64,000 bases of DNA, from positions 314-64,313 of the forward strand of contig CALJER010000017.1 of the NCBI GenBank assembly GCA_938074535.1, read 5' to 3'. A program made the position numbers and the translations under genes. Position 1 is the first letter of the stretch. The number at the start of each line of letters is the position of its first letter. This document shows, one piece after another, positions 8,215 through 16,354 of the stretch. Below the pieces are notes generated by a model. The model made no database searches. It was not told the origin of the DNA and was given only the letters and a program-made list of their open reading frames with translations. The stretch is from an uncultured archaeon. Lineage in GTDB: Archaea; Hadarchaeota; Hadarchaeia; Hadarchaeales; WYZ-LMO6.

Positions 8215-8229
8215 TATAACGTTGTTATA
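8215..8229. promoter_or_regulatory. Operator TATAAC-GTT-GTTATA at divergent promoter of editing-domain gene and pscS
   Basis: Directly follows palindromic TATA box TTTATAAA (8207-8214). Confidence 0.75.
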
Positions 8230-8247
8230 ATACAATGGGGCGATCAA

Positions 8248-9633
8248 ATGGGTGAGAATGCCGTGAGGGCGACCTTTGAAGCCCTATTTGCTCTAACGGA
8301 TCTAAGGCAAATTTTGCGAGAAACTAAACCTACTCATGACCTCGGCACCGAGCAAAAGAAAAAAGTGAGAGAAATCCTCGAAAAAGTGAAAAGGAGCCTG
8401 GATGTCATCGAACGTGACTTAAACAATTGCCAAGAGGAACTCAGTAAACTCGGGAAGATTGTGAACGGAATTGAAGTCAGGGAAAGGGAAGAACTGTTCA
8501 TCAACATCCATCCCATTCAGCCGGGGGGGCGACTCACGCCTGAGGCTATGAAAGCCCTGATTGCGTATGGCGATGGTTATTCCACTTGCGATTGGTGCCG
8601 AAAACCCTTCAGGCTGGACAAGATCAAGAGACCACCCATCGAGGAATTTCACGCAGAATTGGCAGAGTTCCTTGGGATGGACCAAGCCAGAGTAGTCCCG
8701 GGTGCGAGGAGGGGTTTTCAAGCCGTAGTATCCTCGCTCGTTGAAAGAGGAGATCCGGTAATCGTTTCATCGCTCGCCCACTACACAGAGTTCTTGGCAG
8801 TGGAGGATGCGGGAGGAATCGTCAAAGAAGTCCCGCTGAACGAAAAGAACGTCATAACGGCAGACGCAGTAGCCCGGAAGATAGAGGAGGTTAAGAAAGA
8901 AACCGGAAGATTGCCCAGACTGATAATGATAGATCATTTTGATTACATGCTAGGAAACGAGCACGACGTTCGCGGAATCGCTAAGGTAGGAAGAGAATAT
9001 GGGATACCCTTCTTATACAACGGGGCCTATACAATAGGCATCATGCCTGTAAACGGAAAAGAGATTGGCGCAGATTTCTTGGTCGGATCCGGGCATAAAT
9101 CGTTTGCATCGCCAGCGCCCTCTGGGATTGTAGCCACGAGCAACGAGTGGGCGGAGAAAATATTCAGGACTACTCAAATGGTAGGCGATGTAACACGGAG
9201 AAAGTTCGGGATTAAGGAAGTTGAGATGCTGGGCTGTACCCTGATGGGCGCTAACCTCATCGGCATGATGGCCTCCTTTCCCGCCGTCAAGGAAAGGGTA
9301 AAACATTGGGACGAGGAACTTAAAAAAGCAAACTGGTTAGTGAATGAGTTTTTGAAGATTGAAGGAAACAAAGTCTTGAGTGAAATGCCCAGAAAACATA
9401 CTCTAACGAAGGTGGATACTACCGAAAGCTTTGATAAGGTCGCTCGAACGCACAAAAGAAGAGGATTTTTCCTAAGCGACGAGCTGAGCGCCAGGAAAAT
9501 AGTGGGGGAATTTGCGGGGGCTACAAGGAGTTGGAAATTGAACACATATGGACTGACTTGGAAGCAGGTTGCATATCTTGCTCAGGCCTTCAAGGATATT
9601 GCGAGAAAATACGGAATAAAAGTTCTGGAATAA
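8248..9633 (+). CDS. pscS: Sep-tRNA:Cys-tRNA synthase with N-terminal helical extension (SepCysSN-type)
   Basis: INIHPIQPGGRLT, GDGYSTCDWC, AHYTE, GSGHKS, EMLGCT; about 70-aa extra N-terminus. Confidence 0.93.
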   Translation: MGENAVRATFEALFALTDLRQILRETKPTHDLGTEQKKKVREILEKVKRSLDVIERDLNNCQEELSKLGKIVNGIEVREREELFINIHPIQPGGRLTPEAMKALIAYGDGYSTCDWCRKPFRLDKIKRPPIEEFHAELAEFLGMDQARVVPGARRGFQAVVSSLVERGDPVIVSSLAHYTEFLAVEDAGGIVKEVPLNEKNVITADAVARKIEEVKKETGRLPRLIMIDHFDYMLGNEHDVRGIAKVGREYGIPFLYNGAYTIGIMPVNGKEIGADFLVGSGHKSFASPAPSGIVATSNEWAEKIFRTTQMVGDVTRRKFGIKEVEMLGCTLMGANLIGMMASFPAVKERVKHWDEELKKANWLVNEFLKIEGNKVLSEMPRKHTLTKVDTTESFDKVARTHKRRGFFLSDELSARKIVGEFAGATRSWKLNTYGLTWKQVAYLAQAFKDIARKYGIKVLE

Positions 9634-9676
9634 AACAGGCTACGAAAAAGTCTCCACGGGAACCTGCACTCCTAGC

Positions 9677-10333
9677 TTAAGCCCCGAAGCCTGGGGTGGG
9701 GAGGGCCTCCAGCCCCCTCCTGAAGACCCTCAGGAGGAGGAAGAGGGAGAGGAGGGCGTAGAGGCAGCCGGCGGCCAGGTCCTGCCAGTAGTGCTCGCCG
9801 AGGTAGAGGGTGGAGAACATCAGCAGGAGCCAGCTAAGCCCCCAGACGAAGGCCGGCGCCCTTCCCTGCCTGCGGGCGAAGAAGAGGGCGAGCAAACCGT
9901 TGGCGGCGTGAAGGCTGGGGAAGGCCCCCCAGGGGAAGGCGTTGAACCTCTCCGTAACCCCGAAGAGCTCCCTCCTCACCTCCCTCACCCCCGATACGGC
10001 CATGCGGGGTGGAGAAACGGGAAAGAGGAGCCAGGTGGCAAAGCCCAGGAGCTGGCACAGGCCAAAGACCCAGAAGTACTCCTTGAAGGACCTGCTGTCG
10101 CCGGCGAAAAGGAGGAGCAGGGCCGTGGCGTAGATCAGGAAGAGATAACCGAAGGAGTAAACGGCCACCCACCACCTGTCCGAGAGCTCTCCCGAGAGGT
10201 GCTCCTGCAGGAAGAGGACCTCTTCCCCCCCGAAGCTGTGGGGGGAGGAGGGCGCGGGAAAGGCCCTGGGGAGGGCGTCCAGGACCAGCGTCAAAAGGAG
10301 GAAGAGCAGGAAGGGGGTGGTGAGGCCCCTCAC
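9677..10333 (-). CDS. PAP2/AUR1-like membrane phosphatase or phosphotransferase
   Basis: FPVSPPR, AFPSLH, STLYLGEHYWQD; GTG start overlaps upstream TGA. Confidence 0.8.
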   Translation of the reverse strand: MRGLTTPFLLFLLLTLVLDALPRAFPAPSSPHSFGGEEVLFLQEHLSGELSDRWWVAVYSFGYLFLIYATALLLLFAGDSRSFKEYFWVFGLCQLLGFATWLLFPVSPPRMAVSGVREVRRELFGVTERFNAFPWGAFPSLHAANGLLALFFARRQGRAPAFVWGLSWLLLMFSTLYLGEHYWQDLAAGCLYALLSLFLLLRVFRRGLEALPTPGFGA

Positions 10334-11046
10334 CCTTTTCCGCACCTGCCTCCACCCCCCAAGAAGAGCTTCTCCCTCTGGGCGTACCTCTCCTCCATCT
10401 CCCTCACCAGGGAGTCTAACTCCTCCGCCCTGACCGCTCCCGTCTCCACCAGCGCTTTGGCCAGCTCCCTGGCCTGCACCACCTCCGCCAGCTCCCTGTC
10501 GCACGTCCTCCCGAAGGCGGGTGCCCTGCAGTTCTGCCCCACCCTGAGCCCGAAGTACCTGACGGTGTCCGGGGAGGCGGGCTTCCCCTCCAGAGCGCTG
10601 GAGGCCTCCGCGGTGGAGCCGCAGGGAGATCCCCTCAGGAGCCTCACCTTCGCGATCCTCCCGTTCTCCACCTCCAGCCCGAACCTGGGCCTGCCGAAGA
10701 AGCGGGCGAACTCGTCGAAGACCTTCACCCCCGTGTTCCCCTCCAGGGAGCACATGGTGGGGGGCGCGAGCACGTGCGGGTTCCTCCCCCTCGCCTGGCG
10801 CAAAAAGCCCTCCCCGAAGCTCACCCCCAGGATGGTGGGCACCCCCTTCCCCGCCACCTCCAGCGCCACGTCAGGGTGCCTGGCGTAGGAGAGGTAGAGG
10901 TCGCAGGGCGGAAGCTCCAGCTCGAGCTCGTCCACCACCGGGGAGGAAGGAAAGTCCACCAGGATCCACTCCACCCTGAACCTCTTCCCCACGTTCTCCC
11001 TCGCCCTCTCCCCGTACTTCCCGTCCGAGACGATCCCCACCCTCAG
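10330..11046 (-). CDS. DUF166-like archaeal protein
   Basis: GKYGER, PTMCSL, FGRP, RGSPCGST, NCRA; start CTG 11046 or GTG 11040. Confidence 0.65.
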   Translation of the reverse strand: MRVGIVSDGKYGERARENVGKRFRVEWILVDFPSSPVVDELELELPPCDLYLSYARHPDVALEVAGKGVPTILGVSFGEGFLRQARGRNPHVLAPPTMCSLEGNTGVKVFDEFARFFGRPRFGLEVENGRIAKVRLLRGSPCGSTAEASSALEGKPASPDTVRYFGLRVGQNCRAPAFGRTCDRELAEVVQARELAKALVETGAVRAEELDSLVREMEERYAQREKLFLGGGGRCGKG

Positions 11047-12086
11047 CCCTCTCCCCCCTCGAAAACTTTCCTGAGCCTCGCCGCCAGCTCCTCCGGCACG
11101 GTCTCCACCACGGGTTCGTACTGGAACCTCTCCATGAACCCGCTGTCGCTGGTGTAGAGGGGGCGGAGGGGCGGGCGGGAGATGAGCCTGAGGGTGAGCC
11201 TGTGGTACCCTCTGCTCCCCCCTCCCTCGGGGCCCGAGAAGGAGGTGAGGTTGAAGGTCTCCACCCCCAGGTCCGCGTATCCCTTCAGGAGGAGGGAGAG
11301 CCCCTCGGCCAGCTCCCTCACCTCCTCCTCCCCCACCTCCCCGAAACAGGAGCTCTCCCTGAAGACGGCCCAGACCTCGTTCTGCCCCTGCGGGGCGAAG
11401 GCGGCAAGCCAGCAGATTCCCTCGCCCTCCCCTATCCACCTCTCCCCCCTCCTGCGCTCCTCCCTCAGCAGGTCGAGCCAGAAGTTCCTCCCCGTTCTCC
11501 TCCTGTACCTCCTCCCCCCCTCCATCACCCTCCCCAGCCAGAAGGTGGGGGTGCGGTCGGCGAGGAGCTGGAAGTGCGGGTGCACGATGCTGGCCGCGGC
11601 GGAGGGGAGGTGGTTCCAGTTCAGCATCAGGTACTCACTCCCCGGCTCCACCTCCCTCACCCTCCCGAAGTACTCCAGGGAGAGGCGCAGCGCGTCCTCC
11701 AGCATGCGGGGAGGGAACTCGCGGACGGTGAGGAGGTGCTCCCTGCTCAGGACCACCACGGCGTGGAACTCGGCGAAGGGGAAGAGGTTGGGGAAGAGCA
11801 CTGCCTCCCCCCTCCTCATCCTCTCCTCCCCGAACTCGGGCGGGAGCTTGGGGGTGGAGCGCTCCAGGTTCTCGGGGCAGAAGAAGCACCCGCTGGCCGA
11901 GGCCTTCAGGAGCTCCAGTGGGCTCTCCCCCATCGCCTGCCTCACCCTCTTCGCCCTCTCCAGGTTGATCCTGCTCCACCTTCCCGTGAGGGGGTCCCTC
12001 CTGAACTCCACCCTCTGGGCCACGGGGGTGAATCCCTCCAGGGGGCTGAGGAAGCGGGCTATCCTCACCTCCTTGCGAAAAAACAT
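11043..12086 (-). CDS. Galactose-1-phosphate uridylyltransferase-like (GalT/HIT family)
   Basis: RRDPLTG, CFFCP, FPNLFPF, ASIVHPHFQ. Confidence 0.85.
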   Translation of the reverse strand: MFFRKEVRIARFLSPLEGFTPVAQRVEFRRDPLTGRWSRINLERAKRVRQAMGESPLELLKASASGCFFCPENLERSTPKLPPEFGEERMRRGEAVLFPNLFPFAEFHAVVVLSREHLLTVREFPPRMLEDALRLSLEYFGRVREVEPGSEYLMLNWNHLPSAAASIVHPHFQLLADRTPTFWLGRVMEGGRRYRRRTGRNFWLDLLREERRRGERWIGEGEGICWLAAFAPQGQNEVWAVFRESSCFGEVGEEEVRELAEGLSLLLKGYADLGVETFNLTSFSGPEGGGSRGYHRLTLRLISRPPLRPLYTSDSGFMERFQYEPVVETVPEELAARLRKVFEGGEG

Positions 12087-12125
12087 CGACCAAATATTAA
12101 GGGGGGTAGAAATATAGGTGATGGT

Positions 12126-12692
12126 ATGGGCAGGGGACCCCTTCCCAGGTTCAACGAAGTCCACGTGAGGGCGGCGCTGGAGCTGATCCACAGGATGGGA
12201 AGGGTGGGAAGGCCGGAGCTGGGGGAGAGACTGGGGCTGGGTGAGGGAAGCACCAGAAGCCTTCTCCTTCTCCTGAGAAAGAGGGGGCTGGTCAGGCCTT
12301 CCAGGGGGGGCCATACCCTGACCGAGAGGGGCAGGAAGGAACTGGGGGAGCCCCTGCAGTTCGTGAGGCTGAACTGCGGTGCCCTCACCGTGGGGGAGGT
12401 GGATGTGGCCGTGCTGGTGAGGGGGGCCGCGGAGAAGGTGAGGGGAGGGGTGGAGGAGAGGGATGAGGCCATCAAGGCGGGGGCGGAGGGAGCCACCGTC
12501 CTGATCTTCAGGAAAGGTGCGCTGTGCTTCCCGGACAGCGGAAGGGAAGTGGGCGGAAAAGTGGGGAGGGAACTGGTGAAGAGGCTGAAGCCTGCGGAAG
12601 GGGATGTGGTGATCATAGGGACGGGAAAAAAGGAAGTGGAGGCGGAGATGGGGGCCAGGGCGGCCGCCATGAGGCTGCAGAGGAAGCGGTGA
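12126..12692 (+). CDS. Winged-helix protein, DUF4443/DUF2111-like
   Basis: GRPELGERLGLGEGSTRSLL, GHTLTERG, ERDEAIKAGAEGAT. Confidence 0.7.
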   Translation: MGRGPLPRFNEVHVRAALELIHRMGRVGRPELGERLGLGEGSTRSLLLLLRKRGLVRPSRGGHTLTERGRKELGEPLQFVRLNCGALTVGEVDVAVLVRGAAEKVRGGVEERDEAIKAGAEGATVLIFRKGALCFPDSGREVGGKVGRELVKRLKPAEGDVVIIGTGKKEVEAEMGARAAAMRLQRKR

Positions 12693-12695
12693 TCA

Positions 12696-13124
12696 TCAGC
12701 CGGGCACCTCGTACCTGAACTTCACGTTGTCGCCGTCCCTGAGCTCGTAGGAACCCGCCCCCACGCTGGCGTACTCCCACCTGCTGTTCTCCCATACGTA
12801 GAACATCCAGTATTTGCCTCCAGCGGGGTCGTTGCTGAGCCCGTTGATGGAAGTGATGAACTCCCCCAGCCCCGCGTAGTGCCGGGTCTCCACCGCAGCC
12901 ACCCTTTTGAGGGCCTCCAGGGCCGTGGCACCCTTGGCGAGATGCACCCTGTAGGAGAGCTCCCCCTCCCCGTTGTCCACGACCACACCAGCGTCCACGG
13001 TGATGAGGGTTCCCTCCAGCTCCTTCAGGTCCGCGCGCAGGTCCGAAACTTGGTACCCCAGGTACACCGTTCCCATGGCCAGCACCACCAGCACCACCAA
13101 AATGCCCTTGGTCACCTCTTCCAT
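12696..13124 (-). CDS. Membrane-anchored DUF4430 (transcobalamin C-terminal-like) protein
   Basis: N-terminal TM helix; TALEAL, GEFITSINGL, YWMFYV, VGAGSYELRDGD. Confidence 0.78.
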   Translation of the reverse strand: MEEVTKGILVVLVVLAMGTVYLGYQVSDLRADLKELEGTLITVDAGVVVDNGEGELSYRVHLAKGATALEALKRVAAVETRHYAGLGEFITSINGLSNDPAGGKYWMFYVWENSRWEYASVGAGSYELRDGDNVKFRYEVPG

Positions 13125-13129
13125 CCCTC

Positions 13130-13759
13130 TCACCTCCTCTGAGCTGTGGAAGCCCCCACCCTCACCGGGATGGGGACCTCGAGCCTGACCCTGGTGCTGA
13201 GCTTCAGCAGGCCCACCAGAGGGGGGATGAAGAAGAGGGAGGTGAGGTGGTAGAGGGTGAAGGGAACCTGCAGGACCAGGGCCGTGAGCCAGGTGGAGGG
13301 GGAGGTGAGGGGCCCGTAGAAGCCCGTGAGGGGGCTGCCTATCACCCCCGTCCAGAAGTCGAAGAGGAGGATGGCCGCGGCCGCGGTGAGGGCGGTCCTT
13401 CCCACCAGGCCCCAGAAGCCGGAGAAGGGGGAGAGCCTGTTCCTGGTGGCCACCCACCACACCAGCAGGAAGCCCGACCAGGTGAAGAGGTAGATCCGGT
13501 GGAGGCCCCAGAACAGCAGGTCCGCCAGCAGCACCCCCGCCAGCACCATCAGCCCGAAGCTCCTCCCCAGCTTCCTCTCCGCCCCACCGCCAGCGTTCCA
13601 GAGGTAGGTGGAGCCCGCCACCACCAGGACGGGAATCACCAGCTCCATGTTGGGGAGGGTGAGCCCCCTCAGGTAGAGGAGCTTGCTCATGCCTGCGAGC
13701 AGGAGGCACAACCCGGCGAAAAGCCAGAGCCTCCTCCTCAGTTCCCTCTCCGTGCCCAT
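13130..13759 (-). CDS. Multi-TM protein, ECF S-component-like (DUF6580-like)
   Basis: About 6 hydrophobic segments, LPNMELV motif, TATA-like element about 25 bp upstream. Confidence 0.6.
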   Translation of the reverse strand: MGTERELRRRLWLFAGLCLLLAGMSKLLYLRGLTLPNMELVIPVLVVAGSTYLWNAGGGAERKLGRSFGLMVLAGVLLADLLFWGLHRIYLFTWSGFLLVWWVATRNRLSPFSGFWGLVGRTALTAAAAILLFDFWTGVIGSPLTGFYGPLTSPSTWLTALVLQVPFTLYHLTSLFFIPPLVGLLKLSTRVRLEVPIPVRVGASTAQRR

Positions 13760-13802
13760 CTTATTGGATATACTGTCCAATATAAAAAGCCTTTCCCAAA
13801 AA

Positions 13803-14126
13803 CTAAACCCTCTTGTAGGTGTAGACCCTGAACCACTCCTCGAGCGCCTCCACCAGCTTCTCCCTGAGCTCCTCCCCCCTCGCCCCCTCTTTCCTCAGAG
13901 CGGAGATCCTGGAGGAGAGAAAGGCCAGACCGAAGACCTCCTTTATCCACCTCTCGAAGTCCCCCCTGTAGAGATGGAACTCCAGGGAGTCCGTTCCCAC
14001 CTTCTCCACCGCCTCCCTGAACTCCAGCAGGCTGTGTGCCAGGACTCCAAGGGGTCTGTCCACACCCGAGTAGAAGGAGAAGGGTTTGTCCACCCTACGG
14101 GCGGGATCCATCACTTTCTCTCCCAA
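13803..14126 (-). CDS. DUF5752-like protein
   Basis: PFSFY, AHSLLEF, SLEFHLYRGDFERWI. Confidence 0.7.
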   Translation of the reverse strand: MGEKVMDPARRVDKPFSFYSGVDRPLGVLAHSLLEFREAVEKVGTDSLEFHLYRGDFERWIKEVFGLAFLSSRISALRKEGARGEELREKLVEALEEWFRVYTYKRV

Positions 14127-14225
14127 CCCCGCCTAAAAAGGCTTCCACGGGAAACAGCCCAGCTTACGGAGGGTTCCGGTGCGGAGCCTTCTCCCGTCCT
14201 TCATCCCACCGTTCCTCCGGGAGTC

Positions 14226-15695
14226 TCAACCTCTTCCGTAGAGCTCCGTCAGCTCCTTCAGCCTCTCCACGGCCCCGGCGGTGAGCTGCCAGGGTTCCAC
14301 CCTCCATCTCCAGTTTCCCTCCGCCTTTCCCGGGGTGTTCATCCTGGCCTCTTTCCCCAGCCCCAGCACGTCCTGAAGGGGGAGGACGGCCAGCTCGGCC
14401 ACGGAGCCCAGCGCCAGCCTCATGAACTCCACATGGACCTCCTCCGCCCCGACCTCCCTCCCCACGTACTTGAAGAACCTCCTCCTCACCTCGGGGGAGG
14501 CCTCCTCCTCGAACCACCCCCTCACGGTGTTGTTGTCGTGCGTGCCCGTGTAGACCACGCAGTCCCTCCTGTGGTTGTGGGGGAGGTGGGGGCTGGAGGG
14601 ACCCTCCCCGAAGGCGAACTGGAGCACCCTCATCCCCGGAAAACCGAGCTTTTCCCTGAGCTCCACCACCTCCTCCGTGATGGTTCCAAGATCCTCGGCC
14701 ACGAAGGAGAGGAAGCCCAGCCTCCTCCTGGCCTCCCTGAAGAGCTCCTCCCCCGGTCCCTCCACCCACCTCCCCCTCTCCGCCGTCCTCTCCCCCGCCG
14801 GGACCTCCCAGTGGGCGACGAAGCCCCTGAAGTGGTCCACCCTCACCAGGTCGAACATCCTCCGGGCGTGCTCCATCCTCCTCACCCACCACTCGTAGCC
14901 CTCCTCTTCCATCCTCTTCCAGTCGTAGACGGGCTGCCCCCAGAGCTGGCCGGTGGGGCTGAAGTAGTCGGGTGGCACCCCGGAGACGAAGAGGGGTCTC
15001 CCTCCGCGGTCCAGCTTGAAGAGCTCCCTGTGCGCCCACACATCCGCGCTGTGGTGGTCGAGGTAGAAGGGCAAATCGCCCACCAGCCTGATCCCCCTCC
15101 TGCGGCAGTACCCCCTCACTCCCTCCCACTGGAGGTGGAAGAGGTACTGCAGGAGCTTCTCCTCCTCCACCTCTTCCCTCAGCTTTTCCCCCGCCCCCCG
15201 CAGGGCCCCTGGGTCCCTGTTCCTAAGCCCCTCCGGCCACTCCGTCCAGGGTTTGCCCAGCCTCCTGGAGAGGGCGGCGAAGAGGGAGAAGTCCTCCAGC
15301 CACCAGGAGTTCCTGGCGCAGAACTCCTCAAAGCCCTCCCCCCCTCCCCTCCTGAAGCGCTCGCAGACCTTCTGAAACAACCCGCGCTTGTGGAGGAGGA
15401 CGGAGGGGTAGTCCACCCGGCCGTGGGGGAAGGGAGGGGGAGAGGCCTCCTCCTGCGTGAGCCATCCTTCCCTCACCATCTCCTCGGGGCTCAGGAGGAG
15501 GACGTTTCCCGCGAAGGCTGAGGTGGGGTGGTAGGGGGAGTCACCGGAGGGGGGGAGGAGGGGGAGGAACTGCCAGTACCTCTGCCCGGCTTCGGAAAGG
15601 AGGTCGGCGAAGCCCTTGGCCCAGGGACCCAGATCCCCTATCCCGTGGGGCGAGGGCAGGGAAGTGAAGTGCAGAAGGATGCCGCTCGCCCTCAT
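14226..15695 (-). CDS. malQ: 4-alpha-glucanotransferase (amylomaltase, GH77)
   Basis: GILLHFTSLP, WQFLPL, GVPPDYFSPTGQLWG, RVDHFRGF, AEDLG, YTGTHDN, RMNTPG. Confidence 0.95.
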   Translation of the reverse strand: MRASGILLHFTSLPSPHGIGDLGPWAKGFADLLSEAGQRYWQFLPLLPPSGDSPYHPTSAFAGNVLLLSPEEMVREGWLTQEEASPPPFPHGRVDYPSVLLHKRGLFQKVCERFRRGGGEGFEEFCARNSWWLEDFSLFAALSRRLGKPWTEWPEGLRNRDPGALRGAGEKLREEVEEEKLLQYLFHLQWEGVRGYCRRRGIRLVGDLPFYLDHHSADVWAHRELFKLDRGGRPLFVSGVPPDYFSPTGQLWGQPVYDWKRMEEEGYEWWVRRMEHARRMFDLVRVDHFRGFVAHWEVPAGERTAERGRWVEGPGEELFREARRRLGFLSFVAEDLGTITEEVVELREKLGFPGMRVLQFAFGEGPSSPHLPHNHRRDCVVYTGTHDNNTVRGWFEEEASPEVRRRFFKYVGREVGAEEVHVEFMRLALGSVAELAVLPLQDVLGLGKEARMNTPGKAEGNWRWRVEPWQLTAGAVERLKELTELYGRG

Positions 15696-16294
15696 CCCTT
15701 TTTCCCCCCGCATCCCCCCGAGGCCGGGCAGGAGGTGCACCTCTTCCTCCTGCAGTACTCCAGGCCGAGCCTGACCAGCCTGGGCTCCAGCCCCTTCATC
15801 CTCCCCTCCCCCCTTATGCCCAGCCTTCCCGCCACCTCCCTCGCCAGAGGAGAAAGAGGGGGATCGGCCTTCTCCCAGATTCCCCTGAGCTCCCTGAGGA
15901 AGATGCAGGCGGTGGTGGGGCCTATTCCCCTGAACTCCTGAAGCTTCCTCATGAGGTCCTCAGGGTCGGCGGCCGAAGCGTGAAGCCTCTCCAATCCGCC
16001 CTCCTCCTTCAGCCTCCTGCAGATCTCCAGCAGCCTGTCGGCGGTGGAGAAGTCGTAGCGGACGTAGCCCCCCTCGTCCAGGGCCCTGACCAGCCTGGCC
16101 CATCCGGCCTCCAGTATCCTCCCCGGGCTGGTGTATCCCCTGCGCTCGAACTCCCTGAAGGTCCGGAGGGCTATCCCCGCGGAGATCCTTCTGCCAAAGA
16201 GGAGGGAGGCCAGGAACCACTTGAACCTGTCGCCCGGCTTCCTCAGGTCGAGGCCCAGCTCCTCGGGATAGCTCCTGAGGGGCACCCGAGCCAT
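15692..16294 (-). CDS. HhH DNA-glycosylase-like protein with C-terminal 4-Cys motif
   Basis: WFLASLLFGRRIS, YVRYD, FRGIGPTTACIFLRE, CRRKRCTSCPASGGC. Confidence 0.65.
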   Translation of the reverse strand: MARVPLRSYPEELGLDLRKPGDRFKWFLASLLFGRRISAGIALRTFREFERRGYTSPGRILEAGWARLVRALDEGGYVRYDFSTADRLLEICRRLKEEGGLERLHASAADPEDLMRKLQEFRGIGPTTACIFLRELRGIWEKADPPLSPLAREVAGRLGIRGEGRMKGLEPRLVRLGLEYCRRKRCTSCPASGGCGGKKG

Positions 16295-16354
16295 ACCGGA
16301 CCTCATCCTTTCCAGTGGGAAAACTGTGGAAAAAAGGGGAGGGGGTGAGAAACC

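Noticed and set aside
1265-8228. SurR binding sites
   Set aside because: SurR recognises GTT-N3-AAC; these sites have the opposite arm order (AAC-N3-GTT) with conserved flanking AT/TA
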